A DNA stretch of 59,754 nucleotides, the filler included, from Asterionella formosa (lineage: Eukaryota): the NCBI GenBank assembly GCA_002256025.1. It is 9 parts of 9 records of this genome, joined end to end, with 100 filler letters (N's around TTAATTAATTAA, not from the genome) between each part and the next. Parts side by side here need not be neighbours in the genome. Positions count along the whole stretch, not along the records: positions 1 to 6,564 come from NKIB01012671.1; positions 6,665 to 13,225 come from NKIB01012672.1; 7 more parts are not named here. One strand, written 5' to 3'. Made by a program: the position numbers and the translations under genes. Positions 1-10,518 of the stretch are shown in pieces. Numbering within the stretch: the stretch's first letter is position 1; each line of letters starts with the position of its first letter. The notes under the pieces are model-generated. The model was not told the origin of the DNA. It was given only the letters and a program-made list of their open reading frames with translations, and searched no databases.

Positions 1-601
1 AAAACTCTTAGGAACGATTACAATCGATCACGGAGACATCGTTGTTATATCTACAGCCTATTTGGTCCCTGACGTGTCCTTACAGGATACAAGAAAGCAT
101 AGAGTGCTTCGGGACGCAATTTCAACAGTCGGGGGAAACTAACCCTATCCTACCATTATCTTCGCTATTTTATTATGCACCATGAAATAGATTTGCATTT
201 TATCTAGATTATCAATACACATACGGTACATGTATATCAGCAAGTGATATAAGATTTGCCTTCAAGCTGTGACGTCATGTTCTCGACTGCGTCGATCAAA
301 ATGGCGCGCCTGTGTTTGCCGGTCATGAATGATCATATGTACCGTAGTGTGTCTGGCTGTTTCGTTCATTTGACGCAACCATTATAAAAATGCGCACATA
401 CATATATATTTTTATATATATAGCAATAAATAAATAACATACATCATGTCATCAACTAATATTTCCTTCTTTATTTTTATTTCGTCCCATTGTGTTCATG
501 GCTTCTTGTTGTCGATGCCATTATTGATTATCCATACTCTTTCGATGCTCCCATGCTAAAATCAAGAACATTGGAGTCAATTATTAGATATATCAGCAAC
601 T

Positions 602-1234
602 ATGAGCGACACGGTTAGCCAAACAACGACACCAACAGCTATTAACAGCGCTCGGTTATCAGTCCCAGCAAAAGGTCGGCTGTCGCGAGAACTTGCTATG
701 CTCCAGAAAGATCCACCACCGGGCATCGCAGCCTTTCTAGAACAAGATGATATGTCGCTATGGAGAGCTGAAATAATTGGACCTGAGCCCTTTGAAAATG
801 CTGTATTTACTGTACGAGTTCAAATCCCACCTCGGTACCCCTTCGAACCGCCCTTGTGTCAATTTGTTGGCAAGATGATTCCATATCATCCCAACATTGA
901 TTCATCTGGTCGTATTTGCTTAGATACACTCAAAATTCAGCCATTCGGTAGCTGGTCCCCAGCAGTGTCACTACCTTCTTTGCTACTGTCTCTCAGGTCA
1001 TTACTGGCTGACCCAAACCCCGACGATGGACTCGTAGCGGAAATATCCAGCCAATATAAGACAAACCCTGATGAATGGAAAGCAGAAGCCAAGAGAAGAA
1101 CCAAAGTCATAAATAAAGAGATGATCAATGTTAGTCACAAAAGACTCACCGAGCAAGAGAGCGTTTCCAGTGACCATGAAAATAACAATCATAATTTCAA
1201 GCGACGAAAGCTATCTCCGGAAGTTGGACTCTGA
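602..1234 (+). CDS. UBE2T: Ubiquitin-conjugating enzyme E2, UBE2T-like
   Basis: UBC motifs RLSRELAML, YPFEPP, HPNID..GRICLDTL (catalytic Cys), LLADPNPDDGL; W-S-P motif typical of the E2T group; C-terminal basic NLS-like KRRKL. Confidence 0.85.
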   Translation: MSDTVSQTTTPTAINSARLSVPAKGRLSRELAMLQKDPPPGIAAFLEQDDMSLWRAEIIGPEPFENAVFTVRVQIPPRYPFEPPLCQFVGKMIPYHPNIDSSGRICLDTLKIQPFGSWSPAVSLPSLLLSLRSLLADPNPDDGLVAEISSQYKTNPDEWKAEAKRRTKVINKEMINVSHKRLTEQESVSSDHENNNHNFKRRKLSPEVGL

Positions 1235-1961
1235 TCACAACCCAAAATCCCAAGTTTCGTATATTCAACTAGCTATTCATTTCGATTTAGTATCATGTTG
1301 TTGCCTGATGTTTATAATTTATACTAAGAACGACAGAATTATGTGTTTCAACTTTATTCCTCTTCAACTCTGACTCGTAGCAGTGACGAAAAGGGAGAAC
1401 AACCCATTTAGTCCAATACTTTCACGCACTTCCGATGATATTAGCAGGTCTCAATACACATGATAGAACATGTTTGGGAAGAGTCAAAAGTGCCATTTTC
1501 TCCAGCAGAGTCAAATATCATACTACAGTCTCTCAATAACCGGTATGCACATGGGTTCCTCCCGAAGACCTTGTCGCTACTCTCAAGGCTCGGTAGGGTC
1601 GTCGGAAATAGTATCCATCTCGGATTTTTTCTCAAGTTATTACTCCGGCGTCTTTCTACAAAGAAATGAAACTAACTCCTTGTAACCATCACAATTTGCA
1701 GCTGAAATAGTCAACTCTGGTTATCTATTAGAGGGTCACTGGCCGTAGCACGTGAGATAATTGTACTGGGTGTCATTTTATGTTACAAATGTCACATGGA
1801 AATCGGCCATACTATTGGTATCGACGTCAGTTTCCGACATGAGCATCGGTTTCCTCCCTGCCAATACGAGAAACTAGTTAAGCTTAGCTCAACAAAAATG
1901 ATGGACTAACCGTCTATGTACACAGCCATAGTGCAATCTTAAAAAAAATTGTTGAAACCAA

Positions 1962-4900
1962 CTATTCCTTGTACATTTGGCCAGCAGTACTGTCAATAAT
2001 CTTGACAGCATTACTCACATCAAGGGTGGATTGGACTAATGTGCTTCGCAAGGTGTCTAATCCAGAGCGTATTGAGCGAGATTTGTCTCTTTGATTTTTC
2101 GACGCCAAATACATGGCCGAGATCAAATCACCATCATCGACGAGTCGCAAGAGTGCTTGTGCGATTTCCATCTTGGACTTTTCGTTTGTCATTTCGTCAA
2201 TGGTGCCTTCGTCACGACTCTCACCTTCTTCTGAGTTGGAGTCGATTTCGTCAGCCAGAACCATTGATGTAAAATCTTGCAACCCCTTCAGCTTTTCAAA
2301 AGCGAGTAATTCCAAATTCAATTGGACCAACGACCAGTCCTTGACATCCGATTCATCTCCAATCACTTCCGATACTGAGATTTTGCATGGTCCACAGCAG
2401 AGGAAATCTCCCTTACCCATCCGAACAAATAGCAGCACCAATACGTCATTGTTTATCCCTCCCTGGAGCTTCGTGGCTAGCTCCGAGGTTCCCCTATTCC
2501 ATTCATGATCTCTCATAAACCAAGTCATGGATTTGCCATTATCAATCCATTCATTCGGATATCCACGAGCACGTCCGTTGCTCGATTTGGTTGGCATATT
2601 GACGAACAAGACAACTCCGTCACGAAATTCTACATAGCCAGCTCGCTGATGAAATTCAAGCATAGCCCCATCTGGGACATTCTTGTTGTCTTTTACTACC
2701 ATTTCCAAGCACTTGTCTTTTGACTTACGGAGTCGAAGGCCAACGATACTGTCAAGATGCGTCTTATTGCCTCCGATACTGATCAATCCGACGGGGACAC
2801 GAAGTATCCCCTGGACGTCTCTATAGGGACCATGACCCTCGTCCGATGGCACAGATGGTAACTCTGGACCATCCATACCAGTCGCCCAGGATTGAGTGAC
2901 TACATATGGGTCACCAACGATTCGTTTCGCTTTCAATTTTCTGATCACCATTGGATCATTGGAGTCCAAAAACATGAATCGCAGCGAAACAACGGATTTT
3001 GAGAATGCACTATCGTCGGCCCATCGTCCAATTTGAAACTTGTGGGGAAACCATGACACATCTGCGAGTTTCATAGCTTTTTCGAACAAATGAGGTGAAA
3101 TCGCGGCATCCAAACTGCTATACTCAAGTTGTGCATTTGTCAGTGGTCGCATGGACCAATCAGATACTTGTTGTTCCTTACTGATCGGCTTTTTTACGAG
3201 GAATTCTGTCAGGCTAGCCAAAGACCCAGCCAGTTGACGCGAATTTCGTATCTTGGCTAGTTGCATGGACTTGCGGGCAAGCAGAGAAACATCTAGGACA
3301 CTATGAAAAACTCGAAAGGACGAAACGTGCGGGTAGCTTCCTGCGAGAAGTCGCAAATCGGCTTTGAGTTGAAAGCCAATCTTGAGCAATTGCTTCGACA
3401 GGAACAGTTTTGTCAAACTATCAGACACTGCAATCTCTAACAGGTTCATTTCTTCCAAAGGTGCAAGAAGCGGCCGCAGCAAATTTTGCAAATCTAAAAG
3501 GAAAACTTTTTGAAGTGGCTGAATACTAATTTGCAATAACAGGACTGGATGCGGTTCCGATGGAGATGCCATAAAGGAGGGTTTCCACTCGCAATCAATA
3601 CCAACCATGGCAACATTCTTTAATCCCGGAACTGAATTTTCATCATCGCCATTGATAGGTTCCAGTGGAAGCGATTGTAGAATTTCTTCCAGACCAGCAG
3701 TAAACTCACTCACAGTCTCGATGCTGTCCACCAAAACGATAGCATCCTCCTTTGGAAAAATATCAGACAATTTGAGAAAGTCTTGAGCTGAGCCAACAGG
3801 CAATGTAGATGGAATCTCTGCGGATATATGCATTCTTCTCAACTCTGTACTACTCGATGCATGTTTGGTACGCTCTAACTTGATGATTGGGATGGGCTGT
3901 GATTTCTCTGGACGAAAGCCAACTTCATCCAATATTGTAAAGTTAATCAGGACAACATCAAAGCTCCGTTTGTTCATCCAATTGCCCAATGAATCTCGAT
4001 TTCCAACATTTGTCATACCTTCTACAATCAATAATTGACCTGGTTTGAACCGTTTCATTGCTGTTGACCCTTCCTCGTCCCCCATGGTTTGGCACATCGT
4101 TTTGCCGGCGATGAGCTGCACTGCCATGTCGTTACCATCTATGGCACTTCGCCAAGGCAAATCGTACTGGTCTAGCATGGAGTTTCCACTTCCGCTGTAA
4201 TTGGGGGGAGCAAAGTCTATGAAGCAGAGTCGCTGTGACATTCGACGGACACCAGAGATCCGTCCAACCAATGTGACTGGAATGGGCTGGAGTGGATTGG
4301 GAAATCCTTGGGAATAACATGCCTGTGCTGTAGTGATAGGAGGTGGCGGATACGGAAAGAATGGCTTATAAAAAGGTTTCCGAGTTTTGAATGATTTCGA
4401 GGATGCTCCTTCGTCGTCGAAAGATATATCCGCAAGATGTACACCTTCCAATGCCAAAAGCATGTCGACTCGTATCCGACACGCCATGTCAGGATGACCG
4501 CCTCCTCCCAGTAGTACAGCTCCATCTTGCATCAAATCTATATCTACAATAGTTCGCAGTACGTTGGGGGAATGTGCAATGGGAGGGACGGATCCAGGTG
4601 GAAACCCACAAAGTGGTTCGACAAGTGCCTCATCTGCCAATGAACACCATGATGCATCCAAAACTTCCTTCAGTTTGGTCATATCCACCTTCTTTTTGGA
4701 ATTCAGAATCACCAAGACGGTTTCATTTTTGTTTTCAACTTGAAAAAGAAGCGAATTTATCTTGGTTACAGCCTCGTATTCCTGCGCTTTCTCGTCCTCT
4801 GAAGGTACGAGTTGAACAGCCTCAAGTCCTTCATATTCAGCCAAGGACATCACGGCAAGTTTGAGCTTTTCAAATGCTCTCCTTCTTTTTTCTGATATTA

Positions 4901-5111
4901 TAGGATCTTCACCAAAGGATAGCGATGAAAGATCCGTCGTTGATTGAAGTATACTCATGCTGTCGTCGTCGAAGGTGGACGATCGGAACAAAATCTGATT
5001 TGTTGTGGAACGATGGTTGAATAATCTTGCTGTGAATCCTTTCGTTCGAGAAATGAGGAATGAAGATATTATTAAAGGTACAATAAGGTACCAACCGACA
5101 AAACAGTTCAT
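1962..5111 (-). CDS. Plastid-targeted multidomain protein: YbaK/ProX-like deacylase + OB-fold + DEDDy 3'-5' exonuclease (MUT-7/EXD3/RNase D-like) + DUF3427-like C-terminal domain
   Basis: Intronless ORF. Probable start is ATG 5111: MNCF..hydrophobic..TKG|FTA, a bipartite presequence. Motifs: YbaK GFPPGSVPPIA and LLGGGG; OB-like VTLVGRISGVRRMSQRLCFIDF...KPGQLLIVEG; ExoI VGIDCEWKP, ExoII KIGFQLKAD, ExoIII SDWSMRPLTNAQLEYSSLDA; C-terminal YPNEW..MTWF..LLFVR..FLCCG. Confidence 0.8.
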   Translation of the reverse strand: MNCFVGWYLIVPLIISSFLISRTKGFTARLFNHRSTTNQILFRSSTFDDDSMSILQSTTDLSSLSFGEDPIISEKRRRAFEKLKLAVMSLAEYEGLEAVQLVPSEDEKAQEYEAVTKINSLLFQVENKNETVLVILNSKKKVDMTKLKEVLDASWCSLADEALVEPLCGFPPGSVPPIAHSPNVLRTIVDIDLMQDGAVLLGGGGHPDMACRIRVDMLLALEGVHLADISFDDEGASSKSFKTRKPFYKPFFPYPPPPITTAQACYSQGFPNPLQPIPVTLVGRISGVRRMSQRLCFIDFAPPNYSGSGNSMLDQYDLPWRSAIDGNDMAVQLIAGKTMCQTMGDEEGSTAMKRFKPGQLLIVEGMTNVGNRDSLGNWMNKRSFDVVLINFTILDEVGFRPEKSQPIPIIKLERTKHASSSTELRRMHISAEIPSTLPVGSAQDFLKLSDIFPKEDAIVLVDSIETVSEFTAGLEEILQSLPLEPINGDDENSVPGLKNVAMVGIDCEWKPSFMASPSEPHPVLLLQISIQPLQKVFLLDLQNLLRPLLAPLEEMNLLEIAVSDSLTKLFLSKQLLKIGFQLKADLRLLAGSYPHVSSFRVFHSVLDVSLLARKSMQLAKIRNSRQLAGSLASLTEFLVKKPISKEQQVSDWSMRPLTNAQLEYSSLDAAISPHLFEKAMKLADVSWFPHKFQIGRWADDSAFSKSVVSLRFMFLDSNDPMVIRKLKAKRIVGDPYVVTQSWATGMDGPELPSVPSDEGHGPYRDVQGILRVPVGLISIGGNKTHLDSIVGLRLRKSKDKCLEMVVKDNKNVPDGAMLEFHQRAGYVEFRDGVVLFVNMPTKSSNGRARGYPNEWIDNGKSMTWFMRDHEWNRGTSELATKLQGGINNDVLVLLFVRMGKGDFLCCGPCKISVSEVIGDESDVKDWSLVQLNLELLAFEKLKGLQDFTSMVLADEIDSNSEEGESRDEGTIDEMTNEKSKMEIAQALLRLVDDGDLISAMYLASKNQRDKSRSIRSGLDTLRSTLVQSTLDVSNAVKIIDSTAGQMYKE

Positions 5112-5738
5112 GGTCTTGGTTTGCACAGGATGAAGTTTGGCAACAGATGGAAACACCTGATGAACAAACAGATTATTTGCCAACGTTTCGTCGCAGCATC
5201 CTTTGACCCTTGTTTGAAGATTACCGGCACCTGGTACCATGGGGTACTATGATTGATATACCGGTAGCTAAAATGCCGGTAAGTAATAAAATCAAAGAAT
5301 GATTGTGCAACAGATTGTACCACGATTTTTGTCCGCGTTGTTATCACTCTCAGCTGTGTGCGCATGTAAAACGTGAATTGTTTCTTCATGCATACCGGCA
5401 TGTTTGATGTACGAAAAAATTTACCGGTGGGTAGACTGACTACCGTATACTACACGGTACGTTGGCACCTGGTGCTGCTTGCTGTATGCATGATACATAC
5501 CGTTACCGGTATTTCTTTGTGAGCGCATCCACCGCGCCTGCCTTATTCTGCCTACCAGTATGTAGACCCGTGATCGAAGATTCCCTAGTTAGTACCAGTC
5601 CCCTTGTACTTGATTGTAAGTACATATGTGCATCACTAGGAATGACACACCGGTTCACTGTAAGAGGCATACCAGTATATACAGGTAAATGAGACTCCCG
5701 GTACCAGGTACCAGGTACCCTCGTACCGGGGTACCAGG

Positions 5739-5935
5739 TGAAGTATCTAACTAGAAGTAGTAGTATTTGTTGAATATATGAGCTTATTTGTTAATCCTTG
5801 TGTGTAACTCGTTCTCCAAGTCGACACCAAAGTATACAATGAGGGTTAGTCGAGTTCTCTCATTATTGAGTTCTTATACATACATGATATAACACTAACC
5901 CTATATACATCTGTATTGATGCGCAAGATCGCTCA
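5739..5935 (-). repeat. Gypsy-family LTR (~197 bp, TG...CA); 3' LTR of a truncated element
   Basis: Homologous to 14109-14307, 55258-55324 and 55529-55723. Preceded on the minus strand by a polypurine tract GTGGGAGAG (5936-5944) and integrase remnants. Confidence 0.85.
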
Positions 5936-6564
5936 CTCTCCCACACCAAGGGAAAACCTTTTACCTTTGAAAAGGTTTGATGTAATGGATATTAATTCAG
6001 TCCGTAGTATGCATAGTTTGTTGAAAAGTAACTGGACCATTGGCATATACTTGAATAAATAGAATAAGGACCTCGTCCATGGTTATCCAAGGTAGTAGGA
6101 TTATCCGATAGGATTAAAACCTCATCAACAACCTTGTAATCGCAAGAACGACGACGGAAAGTATCACGACGTAGTCATTTGTCAATTATCACTTATCGAC
6201 ATTGATATCCCAATATCAATTACATTTCTATAATCAAATCATGTTGTAAAACCCATGTTCCTGGTGAAAATACACAATGTACTATAAATAGTAGCTCGAG
6301 CTGCATATGATGCAGCAAACTGGTATCCACAATATTCTGAACTTGAAATTCCTTGATTGGAGGATGAGCCTTTAACATGACTTGTACATAGGCTTTTAAT
6401 GTGTATGAAAGGAATACCAGTAAATTGACCTCCATTGTCATGTATACAACCTTCTGGATGGAGATATCCGTCCAACCAATCATTTTTTAAATTTCATCGC
6501 AATATATTCTGATGTCTTATTATTGATATGTGAAATTTCTGGTAAATTGGTGACTGTGTTAACT
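5936..6564 (-). pseudogene. Degenerate Ty3/Gypsy integrase C-terminal fragment
   Basis: CIHDNGGQFTG (integrase core) and AASYAARAT..SPG; frameshifts and stops; paralogous to 14311-15030; runs into the scaffold end. Confidence 0.8.
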
Positions 6565-6664
6565 NNNNNNNNNNNNNNNNNNNNNNNNNNNNNNNNNNNN
6601 NNNNNNNNTTAATTAATTAANNNNNNNNNNNNNNNNNNNNNNNNNNNNNNNNNNNNNNNNNNNN
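6565..6664. other. Artificial 100-bp scaffold spacer N44-TTAATTAATTAA-N44 (also 13226-13325, 19886-19985, 26541-26640, 33193-33292, 39839-39938, 46479-46578, 53117-53216)
   Basis: The identical 12-mer with stops in all frames occurs eight times; the intervening segments decrease monotonically in length. Confidence 0.97.
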
Positions 6665-7394
6665 TATGTGCACAATAGCTTGATCCCAACTACAATGAAG
6701 CATGTGGGACAGGAGACTAAACAAACAGCAACAATTTGGAAAAAATTCCGTGGCAGCAGCAACAATGGAATCCTATCAAGGAGATACTCGGTATGGATTA
6801 AAGAGTATATGCTGGATCCATGTTGTTGGATTTGGGTACAAAAACAGGACCGAACAATATTTTGTAGATGATCATAAATGAGAAGGCCACAATTTTGGAG
6901 TATACGGTAGACCAGCACATGGGTGAGAGCAGAAATATCAGGAACAACAAAGAATCTCAGTCGTTGGGTTGCTTTCTAGTAAATGATCCATGGTCAACTA
7001 CCTGGTACTGGTATAATACTTGTAGAATGTACTTTGGGAGCATGGTTGGTGCTCGCTGGTACAGATATATAGTGACGTTGCAGTGTAGCTGCTGCACCTG
7101 AACTGGTACTACTGATACTAGGTACCAGCAGTACACCGTTTAAGAAATTTGTTTGTCCCTGCCTTGGTGTGGTGGAGTGTGGGTTCATCCAATTTGATCG
7201 ATCAAGTAAGAACATTCCACGGAAGAACGACTTCCTAGCTGCGTACTTACATGGTACTAGGTCCTGGTAACAGGGCGATAAACCATTCTAATCGTGGGAC
7301 GTTGTACCAGTTAGTAAATGAAATAGAAACGACTTATTATCTTAGAAGTACACATGGTTGTCTACCATAGTATCCCGCGAGTACAAAGCAAGGA

Positions 7395-7652
7395 ACGGGA
7401 GTATCTATTTCATTCTTGCTGGCTTTTATATCATGTAGTAAATAAGCCGGCGAACGGAGTATCTGCAACCAGGTTACCTGGTACCTTTTGGTTCATTATT
7501 CCTGGCTCGTACTTGTGACGCAGAAACCAGTCAACAAAAGAGCGGAGTATCTGTTACCTTTTCGTGGTCATTCTTGCTGGCTCGTATTTGTAATATACCG
7601 GTAGAGTAAAACAGTCAACAAAAGAGCGGAGTACCGGTATCTGTTACCTTTT
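7395..7652. repeat. Degenerate tandem repeat, ~85-bp unit (CAGTCAACAAAAGAGCGGAGTATCTGTTACCTTTT core)
   Basis: Core recurs at 7528 and 7612, with partial copies at ~7395 and ~7452. Units differ by inserted CCGGTA- and ACCAGG-type motifs. Confidence 0.75.
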
Positions 7653-8696
7653 GCTACCTCCTGGTACATTCCTACCGTGCAGTCAATGTACATAGTAGGT
7701 AGGGACCAGCAGTGTAGGTACCAGTTACCTGGTAATTGCATAGGGAGGAGGGCAGAATTAATAAAGGCTGAGTCATGGTCCTTTTTACGAACAACATTGA
7801 CCCCAAAGAATAGCAATTGGGACGACATTGTAACTTGCTTGACTCCCGGTAATCATCATAACGACGTGCGTTCTCCCATCAAATGAATGGACTACCGGTA
7901 CCCTGGTATCAGGTACCTGGTACCAGCACCGGTACTGGTAGAAAGCGTGAAAAAGCTACAAGAAATGTTGCACATGCATGATGAGTCATTGTTGTGAACA
8001 AGTACCGGTATCGTGCAACAGCACGCGTTTCGCTCAACCCCGGATAGCGATAGGCACGACTACTACCTGGTACCAGGTACCATACCCTGGTACCACCACG
8101 CACCATGATACTGGTACCTGGTTCCTACAATCGAAGCGTCGATGGCAGCCCATCAAAAATTAAAATTGAACAAGAAATGTACTGCGAGTATAGATATGGT
8201 GGCATATACCGCTATTTAAATGATGAGTTATACCTGCAGGAAGGCTTTCGGTAGCCCTCAACCCCCCATTGGCACGACTTGACAATCCGTATCGACGCGT
8301 CGTTCGGCAATTAATTTGTTTGAAGATGAATGAGAACCGGTATTATTAGGTAAGCACGCACGATATAGCCATGAAACGCAGAAAGGGAGTACGGTACCGG
8401 GGATCATGTTTGACTAGCGCGTCATATCCGTTGGATTCAAGCTTCACCAATCAAAACCTACTATTTCGAATGCCAGCGCACGGCATACAGACACGTCGCC
8501 TCCTTGTTGCCTCACACATTTTTTCTTTCACAAGGAGCAACGAACTTCTCGGAGTGATGCAACTCCGAACGCATGATTTTTTCGAGAACTCTTCACAATT
8601 CCTTTACTTCGCGAAAAAAGCAGCTTACCCCTCCAAACGTCATTAGAGTACACAACAATCATCGCCAGATAGAGATCACATAGAAAAAGAAAAGTG

Positions 8697-9734
8697 ATGA
8701 CAAGAATGAAGCTAGTCCATGGAGCCGTTCTTGCCGTTGTCCTTGCAGCCATTATGGCCGAAGATTCCTATGCCTTCACGAATCCTGTCGGCCGTTACAA
8801 GCAGGGGATTCGACCTAGAACGAACTCGAACGGCGATGCCACAAACGTTCCAATATCCTCTGCAATCAATGTGGATACAAGTCTTGCCATGATGGACCAC
8901 ACCTCAGTTGCAAGTGCCTTTACCTTGGTCTCGCCACTCTTGTCTTTCTCGCTGTCCGTTCCTCCCTCTGCTTCACTCGTGACTACAGCTCCAATTTTAT
9001 TTGATCCAGCTGTGGAAGCGGAATTGCTGAACGACATGGCGCACGTTGCTTTGGACCTTACAACCTTCTTCGGGCCTGTTACAATTGCCATTCGACTTAT
9101 GGCCATTGTCGGACGTCTTCTCGTAATTGGAGCGGACTATATTCCTGATCATGCCATGAACTTTGAAGAGGTCATCTTCCAAGCGGCCATGCTTGTCATC
9201 GCTTCAAGTGCTTTAGTCAGGAGCGTTCATCCGACCTTGTTAGCTACTTCGGCGCAAACCACCTTCAGGGACAGCCGCATCTTCTTAAAGACCTTCTCGC
9301 GAGCCGGCATGACTTGGATGCAATACAAGACCATCGCAGCAGTCGCCTTGGAATGGGTCCAAGTGGAAGGAGAATCAGTTATCATGACTGAAGAAACGAA
9401 TGATACAGATCCACACGACTATTTTTATTTCCTCTACGATGGTACTGCTACTATTCACTCAGACGAGCACTTCTTTGAAGTCAACGCACCTTCACTGCTT
9501 GGCGAGACGCGATTTGCTAGCCAGTTGGATGGAGAAGACATCAAGGAAGATCTTCCCAAGATGACAATTAGGGCGGGTCCACAGGGAGCGACGCTTTTAA
9601 GAATTCAGTCTTCGAAGCTTGCTTACCTAATGGGAAACGACGACAAGCTGGCGAAGTCCATTCGTTCCTTCATCATAAAAGGCATGCAAGAAAAGCTCAC
9701 CACTGCAATGAAACGAAAGGGGGCTTCTGCTTGA
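8697..9734 (+). CDS. Membrane protein with Popeye/cyclic-nucleotide-binding-like domain, probable plastid presequence
   Basis: Signal peptide followed by SYA|FTN. Hydrophobic segments at ~aa120-175, then F..AGMTW.QYK, YFYFLYDG, LLGETRF, TLLRI..KLAYLM (CAP/cNMP-fold-like). Start may be 8697 or 8706. Confidence 0.6.
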   Translation: MTRMKLVHGAVLAVVLAAIMAEDSYAFTNPVGRYKQGIRPRTNSNGDATNVPISSAINVDTSLAMMDHTSVASAFTLVSPLLSFSLSVPPSASLVTTAPILFDPAVEAELLNDMAHVALDLTTFFGPVTIAIRLMAIVGRLLVIGADYIPDHAMNFEEVIFQAAMLVIASSALVRSVHPTLLATSAQTTFRDSRIFLKTFSRAGMTWMQYKTIAAVALEWVQVEGESVIMTEETNDTDPHDYFYFLYDGTATIHSDEHFFEVNAPSLLGETRFASQLDGEDIKEDLPKMTIRAGPQGATLLRIQSSKLAYLMGNDDKLAKSIRSFIIKGMQEKLTTAMKRKGASA

Positions 9735-10097
9735 TTCAAGCAACCGTCGTCACCCATTCATTCCAATAACTACATGATATGCCTATCCATGGTAAAATTG
9801 ATTTCTTGCAGGAACCAAAACCGTTACCTACAGCAGAGCAACAAAAAAATCATGCATTATCTTTTTGAATTTCCTTTACATACCAGAAAAAAATCATTGA
9901 CGCCTGTTTGAAACCACGAAAGCAGGAGATGCGACATCGTATTCCTGGAAAAATGCGTCCTTACAAATCTTGATGATTAATACACCATAGATGATAGATA
10001 GAATAGAACAATATAAACAATTTTATTAATATTTACAGCATTTTGAAATCATTGCCTTGATCTTCAATTCTTCTGTTTTAGAATTATTATTTTCATT

Positions 10098-10194
10098 GAA
10101 AGCTGGCCTATCTATCCCAGCAGACAAGGGAGGAATCATTGGGAGTGAATTGTAACTCAAAAGGTGCGCTTAAAAATGTACTACCAGTCCTTCC
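10098..10194 (+). repeat. Interspersed repeat family A, conserved ~97-bp terminus with hairpin
   Basis: Homologous to 13763-13860, 18738-18835 (+) and 43809-43906, 52413-52475 (-). Confidence 0.8.
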
Positions 10195-10518
10195 AGGAAT
10201 TCCATATTTTTCAAATAGTTACAATTTTGACAATACCCCGAATTCTTGATAGAGTCCAAATTGGAAGGAAAATAAAGGATTAGCTATTAATAATATGCAA
10301 TTTTTCAGTCCAAAAGACAAAAACGTGTTGTAAGTTCCCATGTGAAGTGCTCCATGATGTTTTTGTATTTGTTATGCTCTGGTGAATAAATATATTTTGA
10401 AAATGTCAGTCACTCTCCGAGTTGCAGTTAAACCGGGAACGTAGTCGTAAAACTCCCAGTTAAACCCGTATTGGAAGCTAGTAGTTTACTCGTACTCCAC
10501 AGTACAGTGCACAGAGCT

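Noticed and set aside
5112..5240. N-terminal 43 aa of the 1092-aa ORF
   Set aside because: The upstream ATG lies in a GGTACC motif; the signal peptide begins at ATG 5111.
5842..5902. Telomere-like AGGGTTAG / CTAACCCT
   Set aside because: These are single units inside the LTR, not arrays.
6609..6620. Conserved TTAATTAATTAA motif with ~6.65-kb periodicity
   Set aside because: It is a synthetic all-frame-stop linker.
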